Source of the DNA: a virus
Virus record (IMG/VR): IMGVR_UViG_3300033182_000487
Coordinates: 49,149 to 113,148 of that record
Length of the DNA: 64,000 bases
Direction: 5' to 3' (one strand)
Of this stretch, positions 61,708 through 64,000 are shown in pieces. The notes beneath the pieces are model-generated. The model ran no database searches, had not been told where the DNA came from, and saw only the letters and a program-made list of their open reading frames with translations. Every line of letters begins with the position of its first letter. The stretch's first letter is position 1. The position numbers were made by a program, and so were the translations under genes.

Positions 61708-62415
61708 CTACTCCTCGGCAGCCTGGATGCGCTCAAGCATCTCAGTGGCCCGTTGGAGGTCTTCGGCAGTCGCGGTCCCGTCGTCGATGCGGGCCTCGAT
61801 CTCAGCCAACTCGATCTCGTCGAGGTCGGCGTCCTCCGGCTCAGGTTCGTCGTCTTCCTCGGGATCACCTGCACCCGTGATCGCGTCGATCAGGCTGGTG
61901 TCGCCGAGCACCGAGCAGTCAACCGGGGGTGGTGTGGGCTGGATCTGCTCGACGGGGAGATCATCGCTCTCCTCCTCGGCTTCTTCCTCCTCCCAGGTGC
62001 CGTCCCAGTCCGGGAACTCGGGATCACCGCCGAGGGCGTTGATGACCTCCTCCCAGTCGTCGGCGTCCTTTCCGTGCATGACCTTGAGCCGGGTCTCGGG
62101 GTCAAGGGGGGCCAACTCGATGCCGTACATGTGGGTCACGCCGTCGGGGATCGGGGCCAGGTAGAACTGCTTGTGGATCTCCTCCAGCATGTGGATGCGC
62201 CCTGACAGCAGGTCCGCCTGCTTCTGGATCTGCTTCTGGATGTTCGTGAGGGAGTCACGTTCGGCCTGTACCTCCCCCATGATCCCAGCCCCCTCGCACA
62301 GCAGGTCGATCTTCCGGTCGCTCTGGCGCTGGGCCGCTGCGAACTGCGCGGGGAGTTGGGCGAGGGCCTCGCGGTACTGCGCCAGGCTGGTGGTGATGAA
62401 CTCGGGTTCGTTCAT
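61708..62415 (-). CDS. Acidic coiled-coil hypothetical protein
   Basis: AAGGAG RBS before ATG 62415. Confidence 0.65.
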   Translation of the reverse strand: MNEPEFITTSLAQYREALAQLPAQFAAAQRQSDRKIDLLCEGAGIMGEVQAERDSLTNIQKQIQKQADLLSGRIHMLEEIHKQFYLAPIPDGVTHMYGIELAPLDPETRLKVMHGKDADDWEEVINALGGDPEFPDWDGTWEEEEAEEESDDLPVEQIQPTPPPVDCSVLGDTSLIDAITGAGDPEEDDEPEPEDADLDEIELAEIEARIDDGTATAEDLQRATEMLERIQAAEE

Positions 62416-62560
62416 GGAGGACTCCTTTCCGGGACTGTACCCGCCACGAAAGGCCCGCTCTCTGGACCTTTCTGCGGAAAAAACCAAAAAACTTCGCCCT
62501 CTGCTGTCCGCAAACCGGGGGTGAGTCCGTCTCTCCTATGAACACACATAGGAGTCCCCC

Positions 62561-63022
62561 ATGCACGTTATCGTTCGTACCCTCACTACTCAGGACGTTG
62601 AGTCCATCCTCGCTCGCCGTCGTGCGTCCCGCCTCCAGGTGCTGGAGAGCGCCCGGCGTTCCGGGATCACCCCCATGGTCGAGTGGTTCGACTCGGGCCG
62701 CGCAGGCAAGGTTCACGCCCATGCCGACCGCCGTCTGCTGGAGGATCTCTCCGTGGCCCCCGAGGCCCGCCTTGACGACCTCCTCGGCTTCTGGATCTCC
62801 ACTGGGGAGGGCGACAAGCGGGCCCCCGACTACTGCCCCGAGCACAGCATGTTGCCCTGGCTGCTCCCTGCCAAGGCCCACCTCGACGCGGGCCGGTTCG
62901 GCGATGCGTTCCTGGAGATCTGCGCCATGAACAAGGCTCTCGGAGGGCTCGTGCCTGACAGCCTCGACCCCAACGGCGACGGGTGGGCCGACGTCTCGGT
63001 CAAGGCCATCCCTTCGGCTTGA
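62561..63022 (+). CDS. Hypothetical protein
   Basis: AGGAG RBS; typical codon usage. Confidence 0.6.
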   Translation: MHVIVRTLTTQDVESILARRRASRLQVLESARRSGITPMVEWFDSGRAGKVHAHADRRLLEDLSVAPEARLDDLLGFWISTGEGDKRAPDYCPEHSMLPWLLPAKAHLDAGRFGDAFLEICAMNKALGGLVPDSLDPNGDGWADVSVKAIPSA

Positions 63023-63899
63023 CGAAGGAGGACCGGAGTCCCGTCCGTGTACCGGGCTGGGACTCGGCTGCGGTGATCCTGCCCTGCTCGTCCACGGTGA
63101 TGGTGGGGTTGGTGTACGTCGCGGCTGTGACCCCTGTGTCGGTCATCTTGACCTCGACGGTGGTTCCAGGTCCGTTGTCCGTGATCTCGATGCCCGTGCC
63201 TGCTTCAAGGGTCCGGGCGTTGGGAAGGCTCGCGTCCGCTGACAGGGTGACGTACTCGGCGGTGTCCGGTGCCCCTGCACCGTCGCCAGCCGTCTTGCCG
63301 ACGTACCGAAAGCCTACGATGTAAGGGTCAAACGCGGCAGGGGCGATGCCCGTCTCGGTGAAGAAGTCCGACGAGAACAGGAGCAGCCCGTTGGCGTAGT
63401 TGAAGGTCCAGCCGACGGTCTTGTTCGGTCCTGTGCCTGTGGTGCCCTCGGTGGTGGTGATCATCACCCCACCCGCTGCGGGATCACCGTCGTACAGGAA
63501 GATGGCGTAGCCGTTGCTGGGAGCACCGCTGGCCTGCTGGACCAACTGAGGGAGCAGCCAGTTCTTGATCTGGGCCGAAGACGTGTCTCCCGGCGTGGCG
63601 TAGGCGGCGTAGGTCGAGAAGTTGGTCCCCGGCACCAGCGTCATCTGCACGGCGTCTGCGTCGGCGGACAGGTCTTCAATCAGGTCCGTGTTCGCTGCGG
63701 CGTTGGCCTGAGCCTGTGCGCGGTTCGCAGCGGGGAGCCCACGAAGCCGGGGCATCTCCGTCCACACCTGCTCGGCGGACAGGACGAAGGTGAAGGGGAA
63801 GAAGACCTCGTACCAGACGCTGTTCGGGTTGGCGTCGATGACCCCAGCCTGGAGGGCCTTCGCGGCGATGTTGATCCTCTCCAGTTGCGAGAAGCCCAT
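63000..63899 (-). CDS. Probable virion structural protein
   Basis: WTFNYANGLL and TGVTAATYTNPTITVDEQGRITAA fibre-type motif. Confidence 0.6.
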   Translation of the reverse strand: MGFSQLERINIAAKALQAGVIDANPNSVWYEVFFPFTFVLSAEQVWTEMPRLRGLPAANRAQAQANAAANTDLIEDLSADADAVQMTLVPGTNFSTYAAYATPGDTSSAQIKNWLLPQLVQQASGAPSNGYAIFLYDGDPAAGGVMITTTEGTTGTGPNKTVGWTFNYANGLLLFSSDFFTETGIAPAAFDPYIVGFRYVGKTAGDGAGAPDTAEYVTLSADASLPNARTLEAGTGIEITDNGPGTTVEVKMTDTGVTAATYTNPTITVDEQGRITAAESQPGTRTGLRSSFVKPKGWP

Positions 63900-64000
63900 C
63901 ACTCACCCCCTGTCTCGGCCATGTACTTCCCGAGGACGGGCATGACCTCGTGCTCCATGAGCCTGTAGACGCTGCGCGTGTGCATCCCGGTCTGGACGGA
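63899..64000 (-). CDS. 3' end of a gene extending beyond the window
   Basis: Open frame ...EHEVMPVLGKYMAETGGE* with TGATG overlap into the next gene. Confidence 0.5.
   Translation of the reverse strand, partial: SVQTGMHTRSVYRLMEHEVMPVLGKYMAETGGE

Noticed and set aside
1-64000. Stop-codon reassignment as in some large phages
   Set aside because: Conserved genes are full length in the standard code, and TAG/TGA end genes at sensible places.

Overview
This is a 64 kb, GC-rich (roughly two-thirds GC by eye) segment of a large contractile-tailed (myovirus/jumbo-like) phage, almost all on the + strand. 1-11 kb is a replication/recombination/transcription block: split Rad50/SbcC, Mre11/SbcD, PD-(D/E)XK nuclease, beta-clamp, TOPRIM primase, DnaX, NusG-like and sigma-region-4-like genes. 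11-58.5 kb is a late/virion block: Dps, SNF2 helicase, PG-binding lysin, a 1722-aa tail sheath, TerL, portal, intein-containing prohead protease, scaffold, decoration proteins and major capsid protein. After it come a LAGLIDADG-methyltransferase fusion, a deoxynucleoside kinase and a few - strand genes. No tRNA, rRNA or CRISPR array was seen. The main unexplained signal is a candidate 'head-cargo polyprotein' system. Many late proteins are strings of unrelated domains (PAP2 phosphatase, topoisomerase IB, CCA/poly(A) nucleotidyltransferase, ParB-like, C39 peptidase, Dps) joined at [K/R]-x-A|[S/A/G] linkers, a motif also dense in the scaffold and protease and present near the portal N-terminus. 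They carry three shared short tags (RVAxR[YWF], LIRLASTLPxG, LRxILASEG), and many lie downstream of a repeated DNA element, CGGTAG-N5-CTAT. Also noted: a second promoter-like motif (GGGGGTC-N16-SGGTAW), a ~340-nt structured ncRNA candidate and apparent AGCT avoidance. All calls come from manual motif reading; no searches were run.
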